64,000 nucleotides of DNA from Candidatus Parcubacteria bacterium (GTDB taxonomy: Bacteria > Patescibacteriota > Minisyncoccia > UBA6257 > 2-01-FULL-56-20). Each line of letters opens with the position of its first letter. The first letter of the stretch is position 1. Below the pieces are notes generated by a model. The model had not been told where the DNA came from, made no database searches, and was given only the letters and a program-made list of their open reading frames with translations. The stretch covers positions 136,254-200,253 of the forward strand of contig DAHVRZ010000001.1 of the NCBI GenBank assembly GCA_027324805.1. Direction: 5' to 3'. The position numbers and the translations under genes were made by a program. Shown here piece after piece: positions 37,723 to 47,516 of the stretch.

Positions 37723-38601
37723 ATGGACACCTCAAAGAAAGCCGCTGCTTTTAAAAGCGCCGTCAGACACCATTACCGCCTGCAGGGACGGCACGATCTT
37801 CCGTGGCGCAAAACGCGCGACCCTTACGCCATCCTCGTTTCGGAGGTGATGCTTCAGCAGACCCAGGTATCCCGCGTGGAGGGGTTCTATGGCCGTTTCC
37901 TTGAGAAATTTCCCGATTTTCGAACGCTGGCGGATGCCCGTGCAAGCGATGTTCTTGCCGCATGGCAGGGCCTCGGGTACAACCGCCGCGCACTTTCGCT
38001 CAAACGTCTTGCGGAGACCGTTATGGGCGAATATGGAGGGAACCTGCCGAGCGACCGCGCCGCACTCGAACGCCTTCCGGGTATCGGCAAGGGCACTTCC
38101 GGATCGCTCATGGCGTTCGTATTCAACAAACCCGAACTGTTCATTGAAACGAACATACGCCGCGTCTTCATCCATCATTTTTTTCCGCGGATGCGGCGCG
38201 GGGTAACCGATGAGGAGATCGAACGTTATATCCAACGTACCATGGACCACGCGCATCCACGCGAGTGGTATTGGGCGCTTATGGATTATGGTGCTACGCT
38301 CGGGAGGTCCGCCCAGGGTATCGGGTCGAACCCAAACCGCAGGAGTGCACACTATAAAAAACAGGGAACATTCAGGGGTTCGGACCGCGAATTGCGCGGC
38401 AGGATCCTGCGTTATCTCCTTTCCCAAAAGAACGCGAAGGGGGAGAGCGCTAAAAAAGGAGTGAACAAAGGACAGCTTGCGGCTTTTGCCGGTATCTCCG
38501 GGTCCGTGGAATCCGGAAGGATCGAACGGGTGGTATCCCGTCTACTAGAGGAAGGATTCATCATCAAAAGACGCAATTCCATTTATATAAACGATCGGTA
38601 A
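37723..38601 (+). CDS. mutY: A/G-specific adenine glycosylase (MutY-like, HhH-GPD)
   Basis: DLPWR, VSEVMLQQTQV, WQGLGYNRRA, LPGIG, ETNIRRV, ALMDYGA. Confidence 0.85.
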   Translation: MDTSKKAAAFKSAVRHHYRLQGRHDLPWRKTRDPYAILVSEVMLQQTQVSRVEGFYGRFLEKFPDFRTLADARASDVLAAWQGLGYNRRALSLKRLAETVMGEYGGNLPSDRAALERLPGIGKGTSGSLMAFVFNKPELFIETNIRRVFIHHFFPRMRRGVTDEEIERYIQRTMDHAHPREWYWALMDYGATLGRSAQGIGSNPNRRSAHYKKQGTFRGSDRELRGRILRYLLSQKNAKGESAKKGVNKGQLAAFAGISGSVESGRIERVVSRLLEEGFIIKRRNSIYINDR

Positions 38602-38622
38602 TCTTCATACAACACACAATCA

Positions 38623-39843
38623 ATGTCACGAACTATTTTCGGTGTGGCCCTCGCTTCGGCTTTAGGCCTTGCCGGTATGGCGGTAATAACCATCCATACG
38701 CCCGTCGCATCAGCCGCTTCGGCGGGTACGGCAAGCACCGTAAGTACCGCGAAGCTTCAGGTCGGCGCATGGCTTCCGTACTGGCAAGGGCAGGCCGGTG
38801 CCGAGGATATCGCCATCCATCTCGCGTCTTATAACGAAATAAGCCCATTTTCATACGAGATCAATTCTCAGGGACTCATCACCGATGATCTCCAGATCGG
38901 CAACGGCAGTTGGGATTTCTATTTCAGTGCTTTGCGCGATATGCACGTTAAGATCATCCCAACCATCGCTTATTTTGATGCGCAGGGGATCTACAAGCTT
39001 CTTTCGAATACGAAGAGACGGCAGAATGCCGAAGACACGATCGCCCAGCTTGCGAGAGGAGAGAATTTTGACGGTATCGACATTGATTTTGAAGGCATGT
39101 CGCCGGCAACAAGGCCTTATTACTCGCTTTTTATCCAGGGCCTCGCCATGCGTCTTCATCCGCATGGCGAATTGCTTACTTGTACCGTCGTGCCGCGCAC
39201 GCCGCCATCTTCCCTTTATGTGAATCCTCCCGCGAACATCATCTATCCCGAGAATTACCCGGTTCTCAATAAATATTGCGACGAGGTGCGCATTATGGCC
39301 TACGACCAGGAGGGCGTGGACCTTAAACTCGATGCTTCGAAAGGTGGCAACGGCACACTCTACGGTCCGGTCGCCGATCCCGATTGGGTCAAAAAACTCA
39401 TCCAGTACGCAGTCCAATATATCAATCCCAAAAAGATCATGCTGGGCATCCCGACTTACGGTTATGAGTACGAGGTTTCATGGGCCGGCGGAGTGACAAC
39501 CTACCAGCGCGTACGTGCGTTCGATTACTTCAGCGCAATGGATCGCGCGGCCTCGATGGGAATCAATCCGACGCGCAACAATGCCGGAGAGCTATCCTTC
39601 ACATTCCAGTCGAGCACTTATATCCAAGAGCCGGCAATCCTCACATATACGATTTCATCGACCCAGCCCGAGGTATTGATGAATCCAAGTTCGACTGCGC
39701 CGACGACATTCTTCGTTTCATTCCCCGATGCAACGTCGGAGATGCAGAAAGTGGCGCTCGCCAGGCAGTATGGTCTCCGCGGAATAATGTTCTTTAAGGC
39801 AGACGGACAGATGGATCCGGCGATCTGGAATCAGCTGCCGTAG
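38623..39843 (+). CDS. Secreted glycoside hydrolase family 18
   Basis: Signal peptide; catalytic FDGIDIDFE (DxDxE); IMAYD; LGIPTYGY. Confidence 0.88.
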   Translation: MSRTIFGVALASALGLAGMAVITIHTPVASAASAGTASTVSTAKLQVGAWLPYWQGQAGAEDIAIHLASYNEISPFSYEINSQGLITDDLQIGNGSWDFYFSALRDMHVKIIPTIAYFDAQGIYKLLSNTKRRQNAEDTIAQLARGENFDGIDIDFEGMSPATRPYYSLFIQGLAMRLHPHGELLTCTVVPRTPPSSLYVNPPANIIYPENYPVLNKYCDEVRIMAYDQEGVDLKLDASKGGNGTLYGPVADPDWVKKLIQYAVQYINPKKIMLGIPTYGYEYEVSWAGGVTTYQRVRAFDYFSAMDRAASMGINPTRNNAGELSFTFQSSTYIQEPAILTYTISSTQPEVLMNPSSTAPTTFFVSFPDATSEMQKVALARQYGLRGIMFFKADGQMDPAIWNQLP

Positions 39844-39857
39844 CTTCGCGCTGCGAG

Positions 39858-40424
39858 TCAGATCGCGCGAGGGGTGCCGCGGGTGTATACCGTTGAGAGC
39901 GTCGCGTTCGCGAGAGCGACGGAATCCGCTTTTGCGGCAGCGGTCATGCCGATATCGGCTCCCGGGCCAAGGACGACTACGTCCGCGAAGTGTACACCAA
40001 AAACGATTGCTTTGCCGTCGCTGTTCATCCAAATGTCCATACTATGCATGAATTTGCGGTTCATGCGGTCGTCCACAGTGAAGACCTTATCGCCGAAGAG
40101 CGATGGGATCATGACTTTCGTGCCGAACGGCAATAGGTTGGTGGCGACGACGCCATCATGGACATACGAACCATCCGCCGTAATAAACGGGGTGTTATCG
40201 GTCTGATCCGCAAGACTTGTATATGCGGTTATCCTAAGGGCAAGGATCTCTTTTACCGCCGCGGCCGGGATGGCTGTTGCGGAGTTTGTGAGGGTTTCCG
40301 CAGGGGAAACTGTCGTCGGAACGGCTGTTGCCGACTTATCCTGTGCCTGCGTAGCGAGTTGGGGAACCGAGAAGGCTGCCATAAGGCCGATCGCGATACC
40401 CCACCGTCGTAAGTGAATACTCAT
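39858..40424 (-). CDS. Secreted 3D-domain (MltA-like) protein
   Basis: ITAYTS..QTDNTPFITADG, LPFGTKV, VDDRM, MDIW. Confidence 0.85.
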   Translation of the reverse strand: MSIHLRRWGIAIGLMAAFSVPQLATQAQDKSATAVPTTVSPAETLTNSATAIPAAAVKEILALRITAYTSLADQTDNTPFITADGSYVHDGVVATNLLPFGTKVMIPSLFGDKVFTVDDRMNRKFMHSMDIWMNSDGKAIVFGVHFADVVVLGPGADIGMTAAAKADSVALANATLSTVYTRGTPRAI

Positions 40425-40488
40425 AATGGTTCTTTCCAATAAAAAATCCCCTCGCGGGGTTATACAACTTCTATTGGATTGTAGGCTT

Positions 40489-40518
40489 ATCCTACCACGA
40501 GATGGGTGGAAAAGTCAA
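40489..40518 (-). promoter_or_regulatory. Sigma70 promoter of the 3D-domain gene
   Basis: Minus strand TTGACT, 18 bp, TAGGAT with extended -10 TG. Confidence 0.65.
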
Positions 40519-40636
40519 TGGGATCTTTTCTTTTCCATATCCCCGATATCCCCATGCCCTATAAGCCGCATAAAATATAGCTTTTTACGTGATTATGAAA
40601 AGGCCTGACCTTCATAACGGGCCGGGCGAATATGCC

Positions 40637-40939
40637 TTATGCGGCATACCCCTCGTACTCTTTAGGGAGGGGTATTCGTCGCGCCCGAGCGAAATTTTGC
40701 AGACGCGCAATCGCATCCCCCCGTACCTCTTCGAGTTTATTCATATCCAAATTGGAACCGACCGAAGGAATCCCATCGCGGAGGTCTCTTTCGGCCTCTT
40801 GGAGCACCAATATCGCGTCCATAACCCGTTTTTCGGGGGAATCCTGCGATGGAATAATGAATAATCCGCGCACCTCCTTTATTCTTTTTTCAAGGCTTCC
40901 CGGCGTGAGCGACCGGGTTTGTTTTTCGCTTGTTTCCAC
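40637..40939 (-). CDS. Hypothetical protein
   Basis: 100-aa charged ORF filling an otherwise empty interval; no recognisable motif. Confidence 0.5.
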   Translation of the reverse strand: METSEKQTRSLTPGSLEKRIKEVRGLFIIPSQDSPEKRVMDAILVLQEAERDLRDGIPSVGSNLDMNKLEEVRGDAIARLQNFARARRIPLPKEYEGYAA

Positions 40940-41058
40940 GGCAAATCACTCCCTTCCGCCCTTTAATAAAGGCCTTCTCCCCTCAGTCTAAAGCCGACTT
41001 TCGAAATGTGCCAGACCTTTTAAAAAGCCCAGAAAAGGGTCGTGAGCCGTATAATATT

Positions 41059-41511
41059 ATGAAAAAAAGAGTGGAGATTATGCAAAAAACCGAAAAAACC
41101 AACAATAATCGACATCAGGAAGATGTCTCTTTACGTTCGCTTAAGATCGTGATCGCGGTATTCATTATATTTCTCGTCATTCTGTGCGGCTTGTTGGTGA
41201 GGACGTACTTCGCCCTAAAGAAGGAGCGTCTTGTGAATATAAGAGAGCTTTCGCTCTCGATGTTCATTATAAAACATGGCCCGCTTACAGCGGCCGATGT
41301 GGGCATGATCCGGTCATGGATGACATTTGATTATGTAAATCGCGCTTTTGGGCTTCCTCCCGATTTTCTGAAGACCACGTTCGGCATTGCCGACCCCGGT
41401 TACCCGAAACTCACTCTTTCCCGCTATGCAACAGAGGGGGGATTCAATCAGGCCGAGTTTATGAATTTGATCCAGGCTGCAGTGGCGCATTATCTTGCCG
41501 CGCCGCACTAA
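41059..41511 (+). CDS. Hypothetical membrane-anchored protein
   Basis: One TM then IRSWMTFDYVNRAFGLP motif; start 41059 or 41080. Confidence 0.7.
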   Translation: MKKRVEIMQKTEKTNNNRHQEDVSLRSLKIVIAVFIIFLVILCGLLVRTYFALKKERLVNIRELSLSMFIIKHGPLTAADVGMIRSWMTFDYVNRAFGLPPDFLKTTFGIADPGYPKLTLSRYATEGGFNQAEFMNLIQAAVAHYLAAPH

Positions 41512-41534
41512 CCTTGCCGACGATCATACAGCCC

Positions 41535-42134
41535 ATGGACCCATTTCTCAGCTCGCTGCTCTCCTATATCCTTCTTTACCGCTATATGGCGCTTGCGGTC
41601 GCCGTCTATCTTGGCGCAATGGGTGTGCCACTTCCCGTCAACATCGCCCTTCTTGCACTTGGTGCGTTCGCGAGCCAGGGATATTTCAGCTTCTGGGCGT
41701 CTTTCGCAATCGCGATTGCGGGAAACGTGCTTGGCGATCTCACGGTTTATGGGGTCACGTGGCACTACGGTGATGCTATTGTGAGCTTTCTGCGACTGAG
41801 AAAGGTAAGATTTTTCGTGAATTTGGAAAAGGAGCTCCGATCCGATGCGGCGATCACGGTCTTTATCACACGCTTTGGAAGTGCCATGAGTCCGCTCACC
41901 AATGTTCTTGCCGGAGTTTCCAGGGTGCCATTCTTCACTTTCTTACCCGCCGACATTGCCGGTAACGTGATCGAGCCGTTCGGATGTCTCGCTGTCGGGT
42001 ATACCGTGGGAAGCTATTGGAGCGATTTTTCGGGTGCGGCTGATCTCGTGGGCGCCATCGTCGCCGTAATATCGGTGATTTTCATTCTTGTTCGTATGCA
42101 AAGACGTTTTGTGCGGAAATACGGGAACTCCTGA
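41535..42134 (+). CDS. DedA/VTT family membrane protein
   Basis: GVPLP, GNVLGDL..Y, FITRF, AGVSRVPF..F. Confidence 0.88.
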   Translation: MDPFLSSLLSYILLYRYMALAVAVYLGAMGVPLPVNIALLALGAFASQGYFSFWASFAIAIAGNVLGDLTVYGVTWHYGDAIVSFLRLRKVRFFVNLEKELRSDAAITVFITRFGSAMSPLTNVLAGVSRVPFFTFLPADIAGNVIEPFGCLAVGYTVGSYWSDFSGAADLVGAIVAVISVIFILVRMQRRFVRKYGNS

Positions 42135-42154
42135 TGGGGCGGCGGGGCCCGCAA

Positions 42155-43075
42155 TCAGTGCAGAATGAATGACGCAATAATACCGATCAACAGACAGTAG
42201 ACGGCAAAAGGAAGGAGGGTGCGCGTACGGAACCACCTGACCAGGATCTTTACCGAGAAGTATGCTCCTACGGCCGCTGCGATCGCTCCGGCAAGGGAAA
42301 GTCCGATGAGCGTACCGCCGGTGTGCAGGAGCTTCGGGAGCTCGAGGAGCGCCGCCGCGCCAATAATGGGCGTTGCAAGAAGGAACGAGAACCGCAGGGA
42401 ATCCTCATGGGATAACCCTTCCCAAAGACTCCCTGCGAAGGTCGAACCGGTGCGAGAGATGCCGGGAATGAGCGCGAGCACTTGGATAAGACCCACTTTT
42501 ATTGCCTGCCACCATGAGAGCTTTGCGATGCGCGCGTCGCCGCCATGTACGGTCTCCTGTGGTGCGACTTCTGTTATCTCGATGCCGCGACGCTTCTCGC
42601 GCCGTTTTCGCGTTATTTCTGCAGCGAGGAGGAGTACGCCGTTCGCAACGAGTACGACGGCCACCGCGCGCGGGTCTATGAAGAGCGCCTCGAGTTTTTT
42701 CTTGAAGAGAAGCCCTACGAGCCCTGCCGGAATCGTTGCGATGACGATGAGCCATGCAAGTTTCGCATATACATCTCCTCCTCCCGCCCCTCCGGCCCCG
42801 CCCTTGATCGGCGCCGATACGAGTTTCCAGTTATCGAGTGAACGGAAAAACGCCCCGATGATCTTCATCCAGTCATTCCAATAGAAGACGAAGAGCACGA
42901 GAGCGGTCGCAAAGTGCGTTGCGACGAGGAACTCGAGCATAGATTCCGCCTTCATATTGAGGTTCCAGCCGAACAGTCCCGGGATGAGAATGCTATGACC
43001 GAGACTCGAGACAGGGAACAATTCCGACACCCCTTGCAAAAGTCCCAAAACGACCGCTTGAAAGTAGGTTATCAT
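42155..43075 (-). CDS. uppP: Undecaprenyl-diphosphate phosphatase
   Basis: QGVSELFPVSSLGH, ATIPAG, PGISRTG, FSFLLATP. Confidence 0.93.
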   Translation of the reverse strand: MITYFQAVVLGLLQGVSELFPVSSLGHSILIPGLFGWNLNMKAESMLEFLVATHFATALVLFVFYWNDWMKIIGAFFRSLDNWKLVSAPIKGGAGGAGGGDVYAKLAWLIVIATIPAGLVGLLFKKKLEALFIDPRAVAVVLVANGVLLLAAEITRKRREKRRGIEITEVAPQETVHGGDARIAKLSWWQAIKVGLIQVLALIPGISRTGSTFAGSLWEGLSHEDSLRFSFLLATPIIGAAALLELPKLLHTGGTLIGLSLAGAIAAAVGAYFSVKILVRWFRTRTLLPFAVYCLLIGIIASFILH

Positions 43076-43139
43076 AAAAAAATTATATCATAGGAGCATT
43101 CCGGCGTTTTGGAATCGCTTCAAGGTATGATATGATTCC

Positions 43140-43826
43140 TTGGTGATTGTCTTTCAGGGAGTTTCGAAACATTACAGCGACCGCGGGGTTGCGCTCGAAG
43201 ATGTAAGCTTTCAAATAGACCAGGGGGAGTTCGTTTCGCTCGCGGGCCGATCGGGTGCGGGCAAATCAACTATTATAAAACTTCTCATTGGCGAGGAGCG
43301 GCCATCAAAAGGCCGCGTGTTCTTCGGTCAGTATGAAGTGAATAAATTGCAGGACAGCGAACTTCCCGCGTTCAGGCGCCATATCGGCGTCGTTTTCCAG
43401 GATTTTCGTCTTCTTCCGGCAAAAACGGCGTATGAGAACGTAGCGTTCGCGCTTGAAGCGGCGGGCAGGCCGCAACGCGAGATCGCCGACCTTGTGCCGC
43501 AGGTGCTCGATATGGTGGGCCTCGGCGATAAAATGAAAAACTTTCCGAACGAGCTCTCGGGCGGCGAACGGCAGCGCGTTGCGATCGCCCGCGCCATGAT
43601 CCATCGTCCGGAGGTCGTGATTGCCGACGAACCCACGGGGAACCTCGATCCCTTCCATACCTACGAGATCATCAAACTTCTCGAGAAGATAAATGAACTC
43701 GGCACGACGGTGCTTCTTGCCACGCACGATCGCGAAGTTATCAATTCGCTTGAACGACGCGTGGTCACGCTCGATAAAGGCAGGGTCATCCGCGACGAAA
43801 AGAAAGGGAAATATATACTCGTTTAA
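43140..43826 (+). CDS. ftsE: Cell division ATP-binding protein FtsE
   Basis: GRSGAGKST, VFQDFRLL, LSGGERQR, ADEPTGNLD; precedes ftsX. Confidence 0.94.
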   Translation: MVIVFQGVSKHYSDRGVALEDVSFQIDQGEFVSLAGRSGAGKSTIIKLLIGEERPSKGRVFFGQYEVNKLQDSELPAFRRHIGVVFQDFRLLPAKTAYENVAFALEAAGRPQREIADLVPQVLDMVGLGDKMKNFPNELSGGERQRVAIARAMIHRPEVVIADEPTGNLDPFHTYEIIKLLEKINELGTTVLLATHDREVINSLERRVVTLDKGRVIRDEKKGKYILV

Positions 43827-44735
43827 ATGTTCACCATCATTTCGCGTATTTTCCATTTTGGAGCGAAGAACTTTTGGCGGAACGGCTGGCTTTCGACGGC
43901 GACGGTCGCCATTATGACACTCGCCGCCCTGGTTTTCGTGGGATTACTCCTTTTTGGCGTCATCGCGCATGCCGCGGCCAGCGCGATCCAAGATAAGATC
44001 GACATCAGCGTCTATTTCAACACGACGACGAGCGAGGACGAAATATTGAACATTCAGCAGTCGCTCGAAGGTCTTTCGCAGGTGGCGAGTGTTGACTATA
44101 TTTCGCGCGATCAGGCACTCGCAACGTTCCAGCAGAATCATGCGAATGATCAGACGATCAGCCAGGCGATCAACCAGCTCGATACGAATCCGCTCGAGGC
44201 ATCGCTCAATGTGAAAGCAAAGGATCCGAGCCAGTACGCCGCAATCGACCAATATCTTCAGTCCCCCAACCTGTCGCAGTATATCGATTCGATCAGCTAT
44301 TCCCAGAACCAGGACGTCATCAACCGGCTTGCGACGATCATACGTGACGTTAACGTCGGCGGATGGGCGATTATTGTGTTCCTTGCGCTCATTGCCGGAC
44401 TCGTAGTTTTCAATACCATCCGCTTGGCCATTTACTCGAACCGCGACGAGATCGGCATCATGCGTCTCGTGGGCGCGTCAAACAGTCTGGTGCGCGGACC
44501 GTATATTGTCGAAGGCGTGCTGTGGGGCGGGATTGCTGCGGTGTCCTCCCTTATTCTTGTCGCCCCAATCGTTTATTTCGTCTCTCCCTATCTGTCCGCC
44601 TTCATACCGGGACTCGATCTTTTCCAATATTTCCTGACCCATCTTCCGCAATTGTTCCTTTATCAAATCCTTTTTGCCGTAGTGATCGGGGTGTTCTCCA
44701 GCTCGTGGGCAGTGCAAAGGTATCTCAGGAATTAA
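43827..44735 (+). CDS. ftsX: Cell division permease-like protein FtsX
   Basis: RNGWLS.A, NPL, NTIRLAIYS.R.EI.IMRLVGAS...RGPY..EG. Confidence 0.93.
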   Translation: MFTIISRIFHFGAKNFWRNGWLSTATVAIMTLAALVFVGLLLFGVIAHAAASAIQDKIDISVYFNTTTSEDEILNIQQSLEGLSQVASVDYISRDQALATFQQNHANDQTISQAINQLDTNPLEASLNVKAKDPSQYAAIDQYLQSPNLSQYIDSISYSQNQDVINRLATIIRDVNVGGWAIIVFLALIAGLVVFNTIRLAIYSNRDEIGIMRLVGASNSLVRGPYIVEGVLWGGIAAVSSLILVAPIVYFVSPYLSAFIPGLDLFQYFLTHLPQLFLYQILFAVVIGVFSSSWAVQRYLRN

Positions 44736-44791
44736 TTTCCAAACGCCTGCATTCGGGACCCGACCATCGGGACCCGTCATTTTAAAAGAGT

Positions 44792-45772
44792 ATGGATGCC
44801 CCCCTTCCCGAACCTCCCCCGCTTCCGCCGACTCCCGAAGGAACGGGGACCGTGGAACAACCGCAAAAAGCAGTCATCATCCCGAATCTTCAGGCGGCGA
44901 TCGAACGTAAGCGACGCGCGCGGCGCAATCTGATAGTTATCGTTGCGGGCATCATCGTTGTCGCCGTCGCCGCGTGGGGGATCGAGGAATTTTCCTCCAT
45001 CCCGTTCCAAAAGATCGCCGCATTCGAGACGCAAGTGACGAGCGAGGTCCAACAAGCGGCGACAAAGCTTCCGGCGCCGCTCAAATCCACCGATCGTGTG
45101 CCGTCGAAAAGCGCCACCCTCACCGTTGAGGGTGTCATTGCCGACACGAACGCCTCCCGTGCCGCATCGAGCGAGCCGCCGCTCGCGGAGAACGGTACGC
45201 TTGACGACATTGCGACGCTCCGGCTCGACGACATGTTCACCCATCAATATTTTGCGCATGTTTCGCCTTCGGGGGAGAGCGCGATCACGGTCGCCTCGAG
45301 CGTCGGATACAATCATCTTGCACTCGGTGAGAATCTCGCCGAGGGAATGTTTGCCGGGGATCAGGGTCTTGTGGATGCATGGATGGCCTCGCCGGGCCAT
45401 CGGGCGAACATACTCGATACACATTACACTCAGATCGGCGTGGCGGTCCGCAAGGGGATGTTCGCCGGCCAGGAAACGTGGATCGCGGTTCAGGTATTCG
45501 GCAAGCCGACATCCGCATGTCCTCCGGCGCCGGACCCCTCCCTGCAGGCTGCGATCGCGAACGCCGAAACCGCGCTTGCGACGATGAACACGGAGCTCGC
45601 GCTGATGAAAGCGCAGACCGATGCGATGCAACCGCAATCGGGCGTCGCCTACAATGCGCAGGTTTCGCAGTACAATACGCTCGTTGGTCAGTATAATTCC
45701 CTTGCATCACAGACAAAGACAGAAGTTGCCCAATACGACGCCGCTGTCACGGCTTATAACGCCTGTCTTTGA
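44792..45772 (+). CDS. Membrane-anchored CAP (SCP) domain protein with coiled coil
   Basis: YFAHVSP, GENLA, WMASPGHRANIL, IGVAV, VQVFG. Confidence 0.88.
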   Translation: MDAPLPEPPPLPPTPEGTGTVEQPQKAVIIPNLQAAIERKRRARRNLIVIVAGIIVVAVAAWGIEEFSSIPFQKIAAFETQVTSEVQQAATKLPAPLKSTDRVPSKSATLTVEGVIADTNASRAASSEPPLAENGTLDDIATLRLDDMFTHQYFAHVSPSGESAITVASSVGYNHLALGENLAEGMFAGDQGLVDAWMASPGHRANILDTHYTQIGVAVRKGMFAGQETWIAVQVFGKPTSACPPAPDPSLQAAIANAETALATMNTELALMKAQTDAMQPQSGVAYNAQVSQYNTLVGQYNSLASQTKTEVAQYDAAVTAYNACL

Positions 45773-45830
45773 TGCGTTGCGGCCGTTTTGCACCGTAGCG
45801 TCTTTCCTTGGAATCGGGTATAACGAATCT

Positions 45831-46568
45831 ATGCATCTCCGCACGGTCATCGAACAGCTTGGATATTCTTCCCATGAAACGACGGTTTATCTTGCCGCGC
45901 TCGAGCTCGGCGGCAGTTCCGCGACCGAGATCGCCGAAAAAGCGAAGATGCCTCGCACGACGGTAAACCTCATTATCCGGCAGCTTCAGAAGAAGGGGCT
46001 TATGAACGCTTTTCTCAAGCGCCGCCGCCGTATCTGGACTGCGGAGAATCCCGAACGGCTCATGATCCTCCTCAAAGAGCGCGAAGCCGCGCTCAAGCTC
46101 GTCCTTCCGGAACTCCAGACGCTTCGGCATGATACCGGAGTGAAGCCGACGGTGCGTACTTACAGCGGCGTCGAGGAGATCAAGCAGATCATGGTGGACA
46201 TCCTCGAGACAAAACATCACATCTCCGCGATCCTCTCCTGGGATCCATGGCTGGAAACGCTCGGCAAACAATGGCTCGATAACTTCACCGAGATGCGCTA
46301 TCGGCGTTTCCTCAAGATCCGCCTCCTTACGCCGCGCACCAAACTTTCCGTGGCGCTCAAACAGCACGATGGCAGCGAGCTTCGCGACACGCAGTTCCTT
46401 CCCGCATCGGTGGAGATCCGCAATTCGAATTATATCTACGGCAATAAGGTGGCGATCATTTCCATGAATACCAAGCGCCCTGTGGGGATACTCATCGAGG
46501 ACGAGGATATCCATCATACGATGGAAGTGCTCTTTGAAGGTCTTTGGCGCGAGAGCGGCGGAGCATAA
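45831..46568 (+). CDS. TrmB-family transcriptional regulator
   Basis: LGYSSHETTVYLAALELG...IAEKAKMPRTTV HTH; YSGVEEIK; IYGNKVAI. Confidence 0.85.
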   Translation: MHLRTVIEQLGYSSHETTVYLAALELGGSSATEIAEKAKMPRTTVNLIIRQLQKKGLMNAFLKRRRRIWTAENPERLMILLKEREAALKLVLPELQTLRHDTGVKPTVRTYSGVEEIKQIMVDILETKHHISAILSWDPWLETLGKQWLDNFTEMRYRRFLKIRLLTPRTKLSVALKQHDGSELRDTQFLPASVEIRNSNYIYGNKVAIISMNTKRPVGILIEDEDIHHTMEVLFEGLWRESGGA

Positions 46569-46631
46569 CGGGCGGATCTATTCGCGACACATTCGCCGTG
46601 CATCATCCTCCGGATATCGAACGTTCACTAT

Positions 46632-46913
46632 ATGGAATATATCAAACATCATAAGTGGATATGGTTTGCGCTCGCGGCGATCATCGCGCTCGCCTTGCTT
46701 ATGGGCCAGCAATTCCTCATCCTTCGCAAGGCGCACAGCTCGTTCGACGATTACGCCACATTCCGCGGGTGTGAAACGGTCACCGGTCGCACGGCAACAT
46801 CCGGCATCTGCACACTGGCTTCCGGGCAATCAATCACAATCGTAGAAGTAAACGGTCGTTGGTATCTCGAAGGCGATACCCCTCTCCGATGTCCATGGGG
46901 TCTATGCCTCTAA
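46632..46913 (+). CDS. Small membrane-anchored hypothetical protein
   Basis: N-terminal TM, four Cys; -10-like box about 7 nt upstream. Confidence 0.6.
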   Translation: MEYIKHHKWIWFALAAIIALALLMGQQFLILRKAHSSFDDYATFRGCETVTGRTATSGICTLASGQSITIVEVNGRWYLEGDTPLRCPWGLCL

Positions 46914-46976
46914 TATACGTTTTCCGTTGGGCCTTTTAGCGAGCGTTACTTCCGTTGTGTGTCGGCGTAGAGCATA

Positions 46977-47516
46977 ATGAGAGTCAGGATTCTCATGAAC
47001 GACGCAGAGATCATCGCCGCAATACAGGTCGGTGATACCGAACAATTCGGTCTGCTTTATGACGCCTATTTTCAGCGTATATTCGCGTACATTTTTTATC
47101 GTACACGGAACCGCGCTGTGGCGGAGGACCTTGTAAGCACGACGTTCTTCAAGGCCGTGAACGGCATCGGGAAGTTCGATAGCCGGAAAGGGACATTTTC
47201 GGCATGGCTTTATCGGATCGCGCGCAATACGCTCTACGATCATGGCAGGCGGAAGGCGAATGTCGTTCCTATCGAATATGCCGAGAATGTTTCTTCCGGG
47301 GATAATCCCGATAAGACGGTTGCCGACAGGAGGCTCGTTGAAGAAGTGCGGGCCATACTTGCCGACCTTCCCTCGGGACAGCGCGAGATCGTTTCGATGC
47401 GCGCATGGGACGGGCTTTCATATACAGAGATCGCCGAGATCCTCGGAAAGAGCGAAGGGAGCTGCAAAATGGCATTCCATCGCGCGTCTATAAAATTCAG
47501 AACATTGCTTCCATGA
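46977..47516 (+). CDS. ECF (sigma-70 family) RNA polymerase sigma factor
   Basis: AEDLVSTTF.K, FSAWLYRIARN, LSYTEIAEILG; start 46977 or 46995. Confidence 0.93.
   Translation: MRVRILMNDAEIIAAIQVGDTEQFGLLYDAYFQRIFAYIFYRTRNRAVAEDLVSTTFFKAVNGIGKFDSRKGTFSAWLYRIARNTLYDHGRRKANVVPIEYAENVSSGDNPDKTVADRRLVEEVRAILADLPSGQREIVSMRAWDGLSYTEIAEILGKSEGSCKMAFHRASIKFRTLLP

Noticed and set aside
40530-40560. ATATCCCC repeated twice
   Set aside because: Only two short copies; compatible with chance.
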